Assembly (NCBI GenBank): GCA_030141605.1
Contig: JAQGDQ010001867.1
Span: 1-23,021 of the forward strand
Reading direction: 5' to 3'
Source of the DNA: Tubiluchus corallicola
Lineage: Eukaryota > Animalia > Priapulida
Length of the DNA: 23,021 bases
Made by a program: the position numbers and the translations under genes. The notes beneath the pieces are model-generated. The model did not search any database. It was not told the DNA's origin and was given only the letters and a program-made list of their open reading frames with translations. Shown one piece after another: positions 1 to 11,790 of the stretch (positions are counted from its first letter, which is position 1; every line of letters starts with the position of its first letter).

Positions 1-195
1 TCCGTTTTCTCTCTCCCCTCTCTGTCCGTTCACTCACTCTCTCTTTGTCTGTCGGTCTGTCTGTCTATGTGTCTGTCTGCTTCTCTGTCTGTTTGTCTGC
101 CTGTCTGTCCGTCCGTCCGCGCGTCAATCCGTTCGTCCGTCCATCCATCCATCTGTCTCTCGCCCTCTCTTTCTCTTTCATCCTCTCTTTCTTTC
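1..195. repeat. Compound pyrimidine-rich simple repeat: (TC)n, (TCTG)n, (TCCG)n, (TCCA)n
   Basis: Directly visible. Confidence 0.9.
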
Positions 196-393
196 TCAAC
201 TATTAATTTTAAATTTAAAAGTAAAGCAAACGTGACACAACGTCATAATAAACTGTTTTCTCCAATATCGGAAAAAATAAAACTAAAGCATTAGTCACTA
301 AGTGAAAATACTCGTTGAAACATTAAGTAACACGAAGCCTAATCGTCATTTTGATGTATAAGAATAATCATGCTCAGTATTATAAATACTTAC

Positions 394-503
394 TTATTAT
401 ATAATACTATATCAGGAAGCCAGATATATTCAGATGGTACATGCAGAAATCGCACACCTCCGTAGTCATCTGGATCCCATTTCAGTTTATAATCCTCCCA
501 TTC
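394..503 (-). CDS. Internal exon of a nicotinic acetylcholine receptor subunit (Cys-loop ligand-gated ion channel, extracellular domain, loop A region)
   Basis: Acceptor cattctgttacag| and donor |gtaagt flank 110 bp, entering in phase 0 and leaving in phase 2. It translates as [36 protein letters not shown](N). The W.DY.L.W.P..YGG...VPS..IW.PDIVLYNN motif and the 110-bp size are typical of nAChR genes. Alpha versus beta cannot be decided from this exon. Confidence 0.95.
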
Positions 504-625
504 CTGTAACAGAATGAAGAGTAGCTTATTCACGTTTGAGCTAGAGCAAGTTTTTGTGTTTCATAGGGTAGGTTAGGCTCAAACAACCACATCTGGAATG
601 GAAAGCTGGCACAAGAATTTCTTAA

Positions 626-1161
626 AGGAAAACTGGACAATTGATTAGGCTCAGTTTTATTTTAATTTGCTGTCCAAAATATACATTTTCTTGCCTATAA
701 AAGTTAACAATTATTTCTAATATCTGAATAATTACATTGGCAACCGAACACAGCTATCGCTTACATCACAAACTAACCTAACAACAGTTTGAGCAATGGT
801 AGGCATCTTCTCAGCGCGTCAAGCACGTTTGCGTAACCGAAGATTGCTATAACACACTGACGTGATGTCACGAAAATGAGCTCTGCGTCACACTGACGTA
901 ACATATGAACACTGCAGTTCCTGATCATGCTTATCACGGTACCGTGCCTATTTGTCGGCCACTAGATTGTGACAAAAGACACTATTGCCAGTCTTAGTGG
1001 ATGCGCTGAGCCTCCCATAGCTTTGAAAGTTTTACAAAATTTAACTCCCCTAGGCAAGTATTATTTAATCTAAGCTCTGATTAAAAAAACTGTTGTAGTT
1101 TTCAATATTTTAGAGCATATTTTATTTTGAACTAATGTTTACACAATAATCCGGTTTTCCT
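626..1161. mobile_element. Non-autonomous DNA transposon, Kolobok-like MITE
   Basis: TTAA on both sides (622-625 and 1162-1165). Terminal inverted repeats AGGAAAACTGGA and TCCGGTTTTCCT differ by 1 base. RR...YY termini with a TTAA target duplication are the Kolobok signature. Confidence 0.75.
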
Positions 1162-1657
1162 TTAACCAATAAAGACGTCCAAGCACCGTAGACAAGTGTG
1201 TAAAGCTTTTCATGTTTTAACTAGAATTGTCTACAAATTTGCTTAGATTGTGTTAATCCCACGTTGGCAATGATCATTATAAGCTTTTTGTAGAGACAAT
1301 GTAGGGGAGCCATACGAAAGTTGGTTGACTGAGTTTTAAAAGCCATCGGGTTGTCATATATGCGTTCTAATCATAAGTAATTTATTTAGCCTTCTCACAC
1401 CTAAGGCGTTTATTTACCACATTAATTCCAATTCACACTTAACCGAGCCTTACTATTTTCGTTATTCATAAATCGGTATGCTTCGTTCAGTTACGTATTG
1501 CTGTATCAAAGTTATGAAATTTCAGTTTTTATATACTCTTAATTACAACATGATCACTAATTAGTTTTATGAATCGTTTATTAATTAATTTTTCTTAAAT
1601 CGAAGTAAAGACCAATAAAGAAGACGGGAAGACTTTTGAATTTGCCTTGATTACAAA

Positions 1658-1735
1658 GGACTGTGTGGTTTAGTTCTCATAGCATTGGTATTATAATCCA
1701 AGATCCTGGTTCAAATCCAGATATAGGTTTGCAAT
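1658..1735 (+). mobile_element. Degenerate tRNA-derived SINE head or tRNA pseudogene
   Basis: A-box-like TGGTTTAGT and B-box GGTTCAAATCC within the T-arm-like ctgg-ttcaaat-ccag, at tRNA-like spacing. No complete cloverleaf. Confidence 0.45.
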
Positions 1736-1795
1736 TTTACATCATTTGTTTCGTTCTAGTTTGTTGTTTAAAATGTTAATAGATGTGGATGAATT

Positions 1796-1923
1796 GAGAC
1801 TTTTCTTGTGCAGAAACAATAAAAGCTTATTTGAATTATGTTCATTGTAGGCCCTTTCACTAGATATTGTACATGAAACTATTGTAAATGTGTAATGTGA
1901 AATAAATGACTTATGACTTATGA
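1796..1923 (+). mobile_element. Retroposon (LINE/SINE) 3' end, family A, uninterrupted copy
   Basis: Ends in AATAAA followed by a (TGACTTA)n tail. A reverse-complement copy occurs in two pieces at 6729-6775 and 7551-7634. Confidence 0.7.
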
Positions 1924-1960
1924 GAGGCTAAGAAACTTTACTCAACTGATCTGATTTATT

Positions 1961-1961
1961 T

Positions 1962-2017
<56 letters not shown>

Positions 2018-2039
2018 GCTGTTGTTGTTGTTGTTGTTG
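1961..2039. repeat. (TTG)n microsatellite
   Basis: Directly visible. Confidence 0.97.
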
Positions 2040-2984
2040 GTATTAACTCCTTCAGAACTGCACCACTCAAAATTGGTCTTACATGACCTATGTTTTTTCT
2101 GCTACAGTATGAGCACAGACGTAACTAAATGATTACAAATTAGGTATTGTTCTATTCAGGAGAATCTTGGCTATCCAATCATGCTATTTGTTTAAACATT
2201 TATAAGTGATTTAATTGGATAAAATTAACAAAAATTCAGGCACTCCAACTTAGCCTATCGAGTAGCTTAGTCTGGTGCACACTTGCGTGATCGTACACAC
2301 TAATTTATTGATCGCCTGCTTGCTACAGCCCAAGCTGTGCAGTGTTCTGCTGCTATTCCAGGAAAAACCAACTGATCAGCCAAGGAGAAATTAAGGTCGT
2401 TTCATCTTTTAACAGGAATTTCTCCTTAAAAATAGAGTAGACTTGAGGCCAAAGTTTATCAGAGTGTTGTGTCTGGATAGTTGAAATTTTCTGCATTAGC
2501 TGATTTCACACAAGTGATACTGTACATTGTTACAGTGCAAACACTGCAGTTACTGAAAGCTTTTTTCAATTTTTTTCCCCAAAAATCAATTTTTAATTTG
2601 CCTAAGGTAAGCAAATGCATTTCATTTATAATTTTGCATGAAAATCCATTGTGTAAGGAGTAGAAACCTAGAAAAATTATCAAATATAACGTAATCGCTG
2701 CTTAGTGAGAGCAGTTCTTCGTGAAGCCATGCAAAATGCAGCAAAGGCTTACGATCCTGAAGAAGTTAAAGACGCAAATCGAAGCACAAAAAAATCCATG
2801 TAAGGCACAGGCGTAGTAGTAATCAGACTACCTAGGTAACTAAAACTAATTTACATTAGTCACAGAAATCTCGTTGGCTTAGAGCATAGCATAGCTGTAA
2901 AGCAGAAATCTTTGCAAAAATAACTGGGTAAAATTTTCAGCAAAGATTACCACTATCACTGACAAATCAGAAAGAACACGATAC

Positions 2985-3133
2985 CATTGTCCATCAGCGT
3001 GACAGCAAGGGTGGCTAGGTCTCCAAGTGCCAGTTCCACCGCATCTGATCCTAGAGGGCTCTCTCCGCGTACCACACTCATGAAACATCGGGGCACACCA
3101 ATCTGTGACGTCACTGGATTTGGATTCAACATC
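2985..3133 (-). CDS. ZP-domain gene exon: interdomain linker and start of ZP-C
   Basis: Acceptor ttgtttacag|, donor G|gtatcg, 149 bp, phase 2 in (matching the 6490 donor) and phase 1 out. Translation (P)MLNPNPVTSQIGVPRCFMSVVRGESPLGSDAVELALGDLATLAVTLMDN matches the P.C.M....G......LGD..TL pattern that opens ZP-C in cuticlin/dusky/NompA-type proteins. Confidence 0.85.
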
Positions 3134-3333
3134 CTGTAAACAAGAGAAATGATCACACTTAGGTCGAGCAAGTAAGATTTATTAGAACATTATGTTTGCA
3201 GGACACATTGCGCAATACTAGTTTCTTGTTTACGAATGTGTTTTTAGAATTCCACAGAAGAAGGAGAAAAAAGAGAGGAGAAAAAGAAATAAAATACGAT
3301 AAAGTGGTGAACTGCACAATTTTTTGCCTTGCT

Positions 3334-3371
<38 letters not shown>

Positions 3372-3722
3372 TTATTTCACTCCAGCAATACATATACAAT
3401 ACATCAACATACAATATTATTAAAAAAAAAAGAAACAGTATAGGTAAAAAACGTTGATGAAGTCAAATTAACCAAATAAAAGAGTTGCTGTATGACACCT
3501 TGAAAGCTTGGCTTGTTAAGGTGGCAGAAATGAGTGAATGAAAGAATGGTTATGGTTAGTAGACATGATGAAATGGAAAAAATAATAAGATTAGAGATAG
3601 GAAGAAGGAAGGGAGGGGAGGATGAGTGAATGAAAGAATGGTTAGGGTTAGTAGACGTGATGAAACAGAAAAAATAGTAAGATTAGGGATAGGAAGAGGG
3701 AAAAGAGGAGAAGAAATGACCA
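3334..3722 (-). mobile_element. Retroposon 3' fragment, family B, with (ATTG)n tail and 2 internal 92-bp repeats
   Basis: Near-identical to about 7000-7472. On the minus strand it ends AATAAA-(TTGA)n, as in CR1/L2-type 3' ends. Confidence 0.75.
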
Positions 3723-3774
3723 TGCTCTCGTCATTCTAGTACCTGGTATTGTTGCCCTGGTCTATGACGTAAGA

Positions 3775-4116
3775 CAGTGTTTCCCAAACTGCGGTTCGCG
3801 ACCCAAATGTCTTTTTCTGGGTGTCTTTGAGGGTCCAACCGTATGTACGTTCAGTTCGCCAGAACGGGGCTGAATTTTTGGTGTCGAACGCATGCGCGGA
3901 CCACTAGTGCATTGTGGGTGCATCAGCCATTGTTGTTTATCGTTTCGTACGAAGCCTCTCGCTGTCTTTAAAACAGGTTTAACGGCATATTCCTCAGTGC
4001 TAATGGAAGTTGCACACGATTGACAAGATAGTCTTACAAGGGGGTGGGAGGGGGGGGTCACGGTAGGTTTGTTACTGCTGAAGGAGGTTACGTACAGCAA
4101 AAGTTTGGAAACACTG
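3775..4116. mobile_element. hAT (Charlie-like) MITE
   Basis: TIRs CAGTGTTTCCCAAACT and AGTTTGGAAACACTG (1-bp indel). The 8-bp flanks do not match, so no target-site duplication is recognisable. Confidence 0.7.
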
Positions 4117-4513
4117 GTCTTGAATATATTTATATACAATATTTATATATATATTTATATTTTTATATATATATACTTATTTATATTTATACGAAATATA
4201 TTTATTTACCCACGTAGATTTTAAATTGTATGTATATATTGTATATAGTCTATATTATAATTTACCTGTAACATTTTAGTATATATTTTTGTTAAAAATT
4301 TCTGTGCTCGGTAATTTTAGTTTGCACTGGACGCATTTGCCTTTAACAGTTGTGTGAATTTTATTCTCATGCTGCGATGTTCTTATATGATTTTATCGAT
4401 CTTATGAATATCGATCTTTTTATGGCAAATAAAGATTATATATATATACATATATAAGATGTGCAGAACGCTCTCACAAGACTTGTCATGTTTTACATAA
4501 AAAGCGTACTTAC

Positions 4514-5115
4514 TATAGGTTTTACACGTCAAATGAAGACACAGGAAAGTTCAAATGTGACCTAGGTAAGTCAAATGTAGACATGGGAATTTCGAATGTG
4601 TTTTGGTAACTCAAATGTGACTTAGGTAAGTCAAATGTAGATGCGGTACTTTGAATAAATCGGTTCCCACTTCCCAATGAACAGTGAATCACTAATTAGT
4701 TTTTTAAGTAATGCATTAGCACTGTATTAATGAATTGGTTTCTCTCAAGAAACATTGTTTATTTTAAGAATGTATTGTTTTCTCTAACAGTTCCAATGGT
4801 ATGTAAAGTTTGCAGAATATTAGTGAACCTATAACGTTGTTATTTTAACTTAAGAACAATTGTTAAATTGAAATTAAAGAAGATTAAATTTAACATCCTT
4901 AAACTTTACCACCTATCCACATTTGATTTACCAATGTCACATTTGACTTGACATGTGTCTATATTTGACTTACCAAAAACGCTTAAGATTTGTTGAAAAC
5001 CATTGTTAACACATTTGAACTACCTAAGTCTACATTTGAGTTACCAAGACACATTTGAATTACCTAAATCTACATTTGAGTTAACGCACCTCTACATTTG
5101 ACATGTAAACGTATA
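4514..5115. mobile_element. Foldback-type MITE with modular inverted arms
   Basis: Left end tataggttttacacgtcaaatg mirrors right end catttgacatgtaaacgtata. Each arm has several roughly 20-bp units containing TCAAATGT (left) or ACATTTGA (right). TA-flanked. Confidence 0.7.
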
Positions 5116-5304
5116 TCTTACTATCTAAAACTTTTACTATAAAATATCTTTTATAGTCTCAATAATTTACATATCAGTTCAGAAGCTTTCACCCTAGTGG
5201 GCAACGTTAGTTGAATAAACTATGCGGTTAACTTGCTGCTATGCTGCTAACCTGCTGCTATGCTGCTAATCTGGTGCTATGCAGCTGAATAACTATAGGC
5301 CGTC

Positions 5305-5705
5305 CAGTGGCGTCACGTATACGTACTTTGGAACTGCAGCACCCCCTATTTTCACTCAGCATTATCAATAATATTCAAAATAATAAGTCTTTTTTCTTTA
5401 GTTCTTTCTTTGTACGAAACCAGAGCAGGTGAGGGTAGTACTGTTTGCTTCACAGCCTAGCACAGCGCGTTCACAGCTCAAGCAACGTGGTGTTTGGATG
5501 TTGTGCGCATGTCTAAGATAAGACGCTCCACTTTAGGTAGAAAGTGTACGGCAGCACCCCCTATTTTCTCTCAATATTATCCATAATATTCAATATGATA
5601 AGTCTTTTTTCTTTAGGGCGGTGTATGGCTGTTGTGCGCATGTGGTCATGCGCACATGTCTGAGATAAGACGCAGCACTTTAGGTAGAAAGAGTACTGTC
5701 CCTCA
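5305..5705 (+). mobile_element. Interspersed repeat family C (CAGTGGCG terminus, hAT-like), with a partial internal duplication
   Basis: The block ggaactgcagcaccccctattttcactc...ataataagtctt recurs at about 5551, 8646 and 13328. Confidence 0.6.
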
Positions 5706-5817
5706 CGCAGTGTGTGTTGTCAATCTCTGGTCAGCAGTACAGTCCTTTCAACTGACCGCTAGGCTCAAAGCTTCTCATACATTCATTGAGCCTACAAAGG
5801 GCGTCACGTTTTTTATC

Positions 5818-6530
5818 TTAACGTATTCCTTGTAACATAGTAAGCAAAAAGGGGCAACTTGACTTTCATTATTTTTCTAGAAACTTGGTAACTCCAGCCA
5901 CGTCAGCCGCTAGTGTTCTGGTATCTTTTCTAGCTTTGATAAAATTTAAACCATTAATTTAATTAACAAGTTCATAGTTAACAAAGAAAGTAGTAAGGAT
6001 GCAACACGTACGGTACACCATATCCATGTTGAACGGTTTTTCGAATGGCGGCACATTACGTTAACTTATTCCTTGTACTAAGCAAAAAGGGGCAACTTGA
6101 CTTTCAATCTTTTTCTAGAAACTTGGTAAATGCAGCCACGTTAGCCATCGATGTTTTGGTAATATTTCTACTTCTCATAAAATTTAAACTAATAAATTAA
6201 TTAACAAGTTCATAATTAACAAAAAAAGTAGTAAGGATGCAAAACGCACGGTACGCCGAATCCATATTGAAGAGTTTATTGAATGGCACGTTACGCTAAC
6301 TTATTCCTTGTCAAATAATAAGCAAAAAAGGGTAACTTGACTTTCGTTATTTTTCTAGAAACTTGGTAACTCCAGCCACGTCAGTCGCTAGTGTTCTGGT
6401 ATCTTTTCTAGCTTTGATAAAATTTAAACCATTAATTTAATTAACAAGTTCATAATTAACAAAGAAAGTAGTAAGGATTCAACACGTACGGTACACCGAA
6501 TCCATATTGAACGGTTTGTTGAACGGCACC
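5818..6530. repeat. Tandem triplication of about 240 bp that includes the 3' end and donor site of the ZP-N exon
   Basis: Three copies with periods of 238 and 240 bp. Donor-equivalent positions are 6011, 6249 and 6489. Confidence 0.9.
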
Positions 6531-6647
6531 GTCGAAACTGCAGGAAAGTCTGATTGCTTTGTCCCATTCTTCTATCACTCCCAGACGGGCTTCATTCATC
6601 ACGATAACTGAATTCTCATATTTCACAGTACCTCCATATTCGTCTTC
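6490..6647 (-). CDS. ZP-domain gene exon: second half of ZP-N
   Basis: Acceptor ttcgtgtttag|, donor CC|gtacgt, 158 bp, phase 0 in and phase 2 out. Translation EDEYGGTVKYENSVIVMNEARLGVIEEWDKAIRLSCSFDGAVQQTVQYGFGV(P) has the ZP-N Y.N.V.V motif and WD....L.C with the fourth Cys. Absent from the ORF track. Confidence 0.9.
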
Positions 6648-6771
6648 CTAAACACGAATAAAAATGAATAGATTTAATGTACAAGAATACCCTCCACTTA
6701 CGTAAAGCTTAGGAAATCCGTCTTATCGTAAGTCATAAGTCATTTATTTCACACTACACATTTACAATAGT

Positions 6772-7550
<779 letters not shown>

Positions 7551-7939
7551 TTTCATGTACAATATCTAGTGAAAGGGCCTACAATGAACGTAATACAAAT
7601 AACTTTTCATTGTTTCTGCATAGGAAAAGGCTCACACACTGTTCACCTATATACGAATGTAAATGTGTTGCGGGCCAATCAAAAAGCAGGGCCTGTTAGA
7701 TTGTCCCACACAGTGAAAGAAAAAAAGTAATGGAAATAATCTGAAAATTTAAAGAGAATCGTGTGATAAAGAAAACATTTAGTGCTTAAAATTGAATGAT
7801 GTAATGAATGAAGCTCATATATGAGATGATACAAAAGATAGAAAGATTATTATTTGTTAATAGTATGTAAAATTAAGATAACTTGATTAAGATAACACCA
7901 CTGTTTTGCCACTACTGTGAGGATGGATACTGATAGACG

Positions 7940-8456
7940 TTTTATACCACTTACTTACTGCCTTTTTGCAGGCAGGGCTTGCGGTGGCAGTAACGCTGTA
8001 TAGAACCTGTACATTTAAACTCCGGTGGTGACCGTTATATGCAGCCATTTTAATGGTGGGTCGTTTGGCGCAAGTTTAGATAACTTTAAATGAAGTTTGA
8101 AAAAATAATCAGAGCATGCGTAGCACACACGTTACTAAGTAAAATTTTAAATTACTGTACCTTGTTTTTGGCTGGTAAGTGGCGCTCCCTGGAGGGTGAG
8201 CCAGCAATATTTTACCAATTGGCACAAACATTTTAAATTATTAATTATAGGAATGTAGAAGATTTTCACGCTTCAGAATGCTTCTAATTTTTCCAATTTT
8301 CCAAAAACCCAATGATTCTCACCGACTAAAGTCGACCGTGTCTTTAAAATTTAATTTTCTTCTGCAAAATTTTTTTTTGCTCAGTTAGTGATGCGCATGC
8401 GTGGAAAATATTTTTCGAACTTTACGCAATGTTATCTAAACTTGTTCCAAATGAGT
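7940..8456. mobile_element. Interspersed repeat family D with internal inverted repeat (MITE-like)
   Basis: About 7940-8245 is homologous to about 10987-11300. About 8064-8120 is an imperfect inverted repeat of about 8394-8454. Confidence 0.65.
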
Positions 8457-9044
8457 TTACTGATATCGTCTAACAATGCAGTCAACAGAGAGTTGAAATT
8501 TAGTCAACCGTGTTCACCCCCACCAAAGCAATAACTTATTTTGCTGAAAACGTCTGTCAACCGTTAACTGTATCGAAGTATAAATGAAAAAGAAAATATT
8601 CAAATACTGTCAGTAGCAGTGGCGGCTTGTGTGAAGGTACTGTTTGGAACTGCAGCGCACCCCCTATTTTCACTCGACATTATCGATAATATTCAATATA
8701 ATAAGTCTTCTTTCTTTAGTTCTTTCTTTATACTTGTACGGGAGCAGAGCATGTGAGGGTAGTATTGTTTGCTTCGCAGCTCTAGCAGCGATAACACGCT
8801 GGATGTTAATGTCTGCTTCTAGGTAGAAAAGTACTGACGCTAACACAGTAACAATTGCCACATGCTTACCGTGTACCATCATATTCTTGGATTTGATAAA
8901 GTGTAAACTTAGCGTTTGCGCTTAAAACATAAATTATTTGATAATGGACGCCTTGCATCTCCAAGAAATAAGTTCTGTTACTGTAAGTGAACTACAACAG
9001 CTTAATTTTTCACAGTTCTCTTTACATGAGAAAGTTACACTTAA

Positions 9045-9486
9045 CCCTTTCAGTCCCGAATTATTTTTTAATAAAGAAAATTTTTTTGCTTGGTACTTTT
9101 GTTCAGTATGTCCATCTTGTTTACACATAATAATTATTTTTTCTACCTGTGCCCGCATGCTAAATATAGCCGGTATCCCACGGGATACATTGGGATTCAA
9201 TGGAAGCATAAAATGTGCTTCATTTTGCAACTGCTGATAATTTTTTAAAGTATTTAAGACATTTAGTATGCATGCTATGTTGATCTGTACAAAGTCAAAG
9301 TACTGTACCTTGCGCAGTTTTTTATGCTATGTAGATTTTCTAGTTTGCCATTTTATCACCATTTTAGTCTATTGTTATTGGCTTAAATCAAAATAACTGT
9401 TAACAGGTCAAATAACTGACAATTTTATTAATTTTAAAGGCAGAAAATATTCTCGTATCCCACGGCATACAACGGGTATGAAAGGG
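9045..9486. mobile_element. piggyBac-like MITE
   Basis: TTAA|CCCTTTCAGTCCCG ... CGGGTATGAAAGGG|TTAA, i.e. TTAA duplication with CCC/GGG termini. An internal gtatcccacgg(g/c)atac motif occurs at about 9173 and 9456. Confidence 0.8.
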
Positions 9487-9559
9487 TTAAGAAAAGAGGC
9501 CGTTCAACACCCGATCTTCAAATATTACGTTGAAGTAAATATTACATATTACTTCAACT

Positions 9560-10216
9560 ACAATACTAAAATTACAAACGTTTATTACGGAGGTTTTCAT
9601 TTGGTAAACCTCCATTATCAGTGCATCATACGCGCATGAGAATCGGATTTTCTCAGCTAAACTATGACCTTTTCTCTAAAGGCTGTAAAGATAATAACGG
9701 TCATCCAATATTGCCGAATTGTAACCGTGGATTTCGATTTGAGTCTGTTGAACACTTTTTGTTGCACTGCCCATTGTATCAACTAGCTAGGGTAGTTATG
9801 TTTGATAAATTAAATGCAATACTTCTGCCCGAAAACCTTAATATAGCTGCCTTAGGAAATAATGATCTGTTGAAGTTGTTATTATTCGGAAAAGATGAAT
9901 TTAACTATGTTACTAACTGCAAAATACTCCAATGTGTACATGACTTTATATTACGTACTAAACGCTTCCAGTAGTTTCTATCTGATATAAAATGCATCAT
10001 TCTTAAATAATCGTACATTAATATTTACTAACCGTCATTTTCTACTAATGTCTAATGTATCACTGTAGTAAAACTTTAGTATACTAAAAACTAAGTATAG
10101 TCTATTCTTACTGTAAATGTTCTTGTAAATAGTGTATAAAGTCTGTTGTGGTGAAGATCTTAAATCATGTTGTACAAACTGTCTGATCTAATCCTAAATA
10201 AATTATGTTTAAACTA
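9560..10216 (+). mobile_element. 5'-truncated non-LTR retrotransposon: ORF2 C-terminal zinc-knuckle region plus 3' UTR
   Basis: ORF 9621-9974 contains HTRMRIGFSQLNYDLF...C..G...ESVEHFLLHCPLY...R, a degenerate CCHC knuckle with one Cys lost. An AT-rich tail with AATAAA near 10196 follows. Confidence 0.8.
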
Positions 10217-10771
10217 ACGTTTGTTACGTTTTTCACAGAACTAAAACAATGGCTAAAAATTTTCCGAGGCAGCACCCTACGAATTTTAACTTGGAGCCGC
10301 CATTGGTAAATGGCATACAGTCAGGCTCTGATAATGATTGATTGAAAATCGCCTACGTAAGCAAGCGTTCAATTTATGAAATTAGTTTAGATTTTACGGT
10401 CAATCAAATAATTATTCTACAATCAAACTTACTGATGCATATGAGTTTATATTTCTTGGTTTATAAACCTTGACGATACGATTAATAAAATATTTGTTTA
10501 CATATAATGCTCTGGTAAACAGTAGAAACAAAGATTAGTTTCATAAAATGGCTGACAGGGGGCGACTTCGTTTGAATACGGCCAAGCTAAAAAATCAATA
10601 AAATAAGTTCTCGATGTGCTTGACTTTGCTGTTAATATATTGCAGTCTAATCGTTCTTTGGTGGATGAGAGAAAAGGGAAAATTCCTCTGGATGTGGGAG
10701 AGACGACAGCTAAAAGTTCAGGGAAGAAAGAGGAAGTGAGTTAACAAAGTGCCGATGTACGGTGGCTTGTT

Positions 10772-10950
10772 GGGGACATAGTAAAAACAAAAGTAAATTC
10801 ATTTACTCGACTCGGTATCTCAAAATTTCGAGATACTAAATGATGATTCGACTGAGTGAGACAGTATCTCGAAATTTCGAGATACTAAATGAACATATTT
10901 TTAATTTTCGAATTACTAGTCCAGATTAAATTTATTTTTTACTATGTCCC
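10772..10950. mobile_element. Small MITE-like element with internal palindromes
   Basis: TIR gggacatagtaaaaa and tttttactatgtccc. Perfect 24-bp palindrome at 10863-10886 and an imperfect copy at about 10815. Confidence 0.6.
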
Positions 10951-10986
10951 TAAAAAGCACCATTACTGATGAAAACGTCTTGATAT

Positions 10987-11300
10987 TTTATACCACTTAT
11001 ACCCTGCCTTTTTGCGTGCAGGGCTTGCGTCGGTAGTAATGTTGTATAAAACATGTAAATTTAAACTCCCGCGGTGACCGTTAGACGCAGCCATTTTGAC
11101 GATAAGTCATTTGAAACAAGTTTACATAACATTGAGTGAAGTTTGAAAAACAATTAGAGCATTCCTAGCACACATCTTACTAAGTAAAATTTTTAATTAC
11201 TCAATAAGAGGTAAAAATACGTCTTTTGGTTAGTGAGTGGTGCTCCCTGGAGGGTGAGTCATTTTACCAATTTTTGAAAGCATTTTAAATAATTAATAAT
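10987..11300 (+). mobile_element. Second, partial copy of family D
   Basis: Collinear similarity to about 7940-8245 (ttttataccactta...gctccctggagggtgag). Confidence 0.65.
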
Positions 11301-11399
11301 TTTCTTTTCTAGTTACATAAGTCTTTCCAGCAGGTAAGCGAAATGCTAAATAATATAGATTTGCATGGAAAGTTTTTTGGGACATAATTAGCATTAACC

Positions 11400-11790
11400 G
11401 GTACCTTTCTTCCCCTGATTTACGTTGTGCGTAGGTGACGTCATGTAATGGCGCCGTCGGAACAGAATTGTGGGAAATTTAAAATGAAAACAAACAAAAA
11501 ATTCCTTTCAACGCGAATACGATCTATACATAAAATTGCTATAAAGTAATAAAATTTTCAAGGCGATTTTTCTAAAACCTACTTCAGGTACCCCTTTTCT
11601 TCCCCTGATTTACGTTGTGCGTATATGACGTCATGTAATGACGCAGTCGGAACTGTATTGCGGGAGATTTAAAATGAAAACAAACAAAAATTCCTTTCAA
11701 CGAGAATACGATATGTGCTTAAACATGATGTAAAGTAGTATAATTTTTAAGGTGATTTTTCTGAAACCTACTTCAGGTACCCCTTTTCTT
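11400..11790. repeat. 190-bp tandem duplication (about 2 copies)
   Basis: ttcccctgatttacgttgtgcgta...aaacctacttcaggtacccc is repeated. TGACGTCA occurs at 11436 and 11626. Confidence 0.85.

Larger units (their letters stand above)
8617..10305. mobile_element. Possible full family C hAT-like element hosting nested insertions
   Basis: Ends CAGTGGCGGCT and AGCCGCCATTG form an 11-bp inverted repeat with 1 mismatch. Flanks gtcagtag and gtaaatgg match at only 5 of 8 positions. Confidence 0.45.

Noticed and set aside
1332-1375. Minus-strand D*NAYMTTRWLLK, faintly like the missing nAChR DEKNQIMTTNVWLKQ exon
   Set aside because: It contains a stop, needs two codon gaps, and has no proper splice sites, so it is likely chance.
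2956-3010. Hydrophobic end of ORF 2956-3171 as a ZP transmembrane anchor
   Set aside because: The preceding residues match the start of ZP-C, not its end, and IVFFLICQ lies past a phase-1 donor, so it is probably intronic.
394-3133. In-frame ZP-nAChR fusion protein
   Set aside because: The best donor (2985) is phase 1 and the nAChR exon needs phase 0. A cryptic phase-0 GTG|gtacgc near 3070 exists but would cut a conserved ZP-C motif, and the fusion would lack the nAChR N-terminus. Unsupported without transcripts.
3762-4139. 125-aa ORF
   Set aside because: It coincides with a hAT-like MITE and has no recognisable protein motif.
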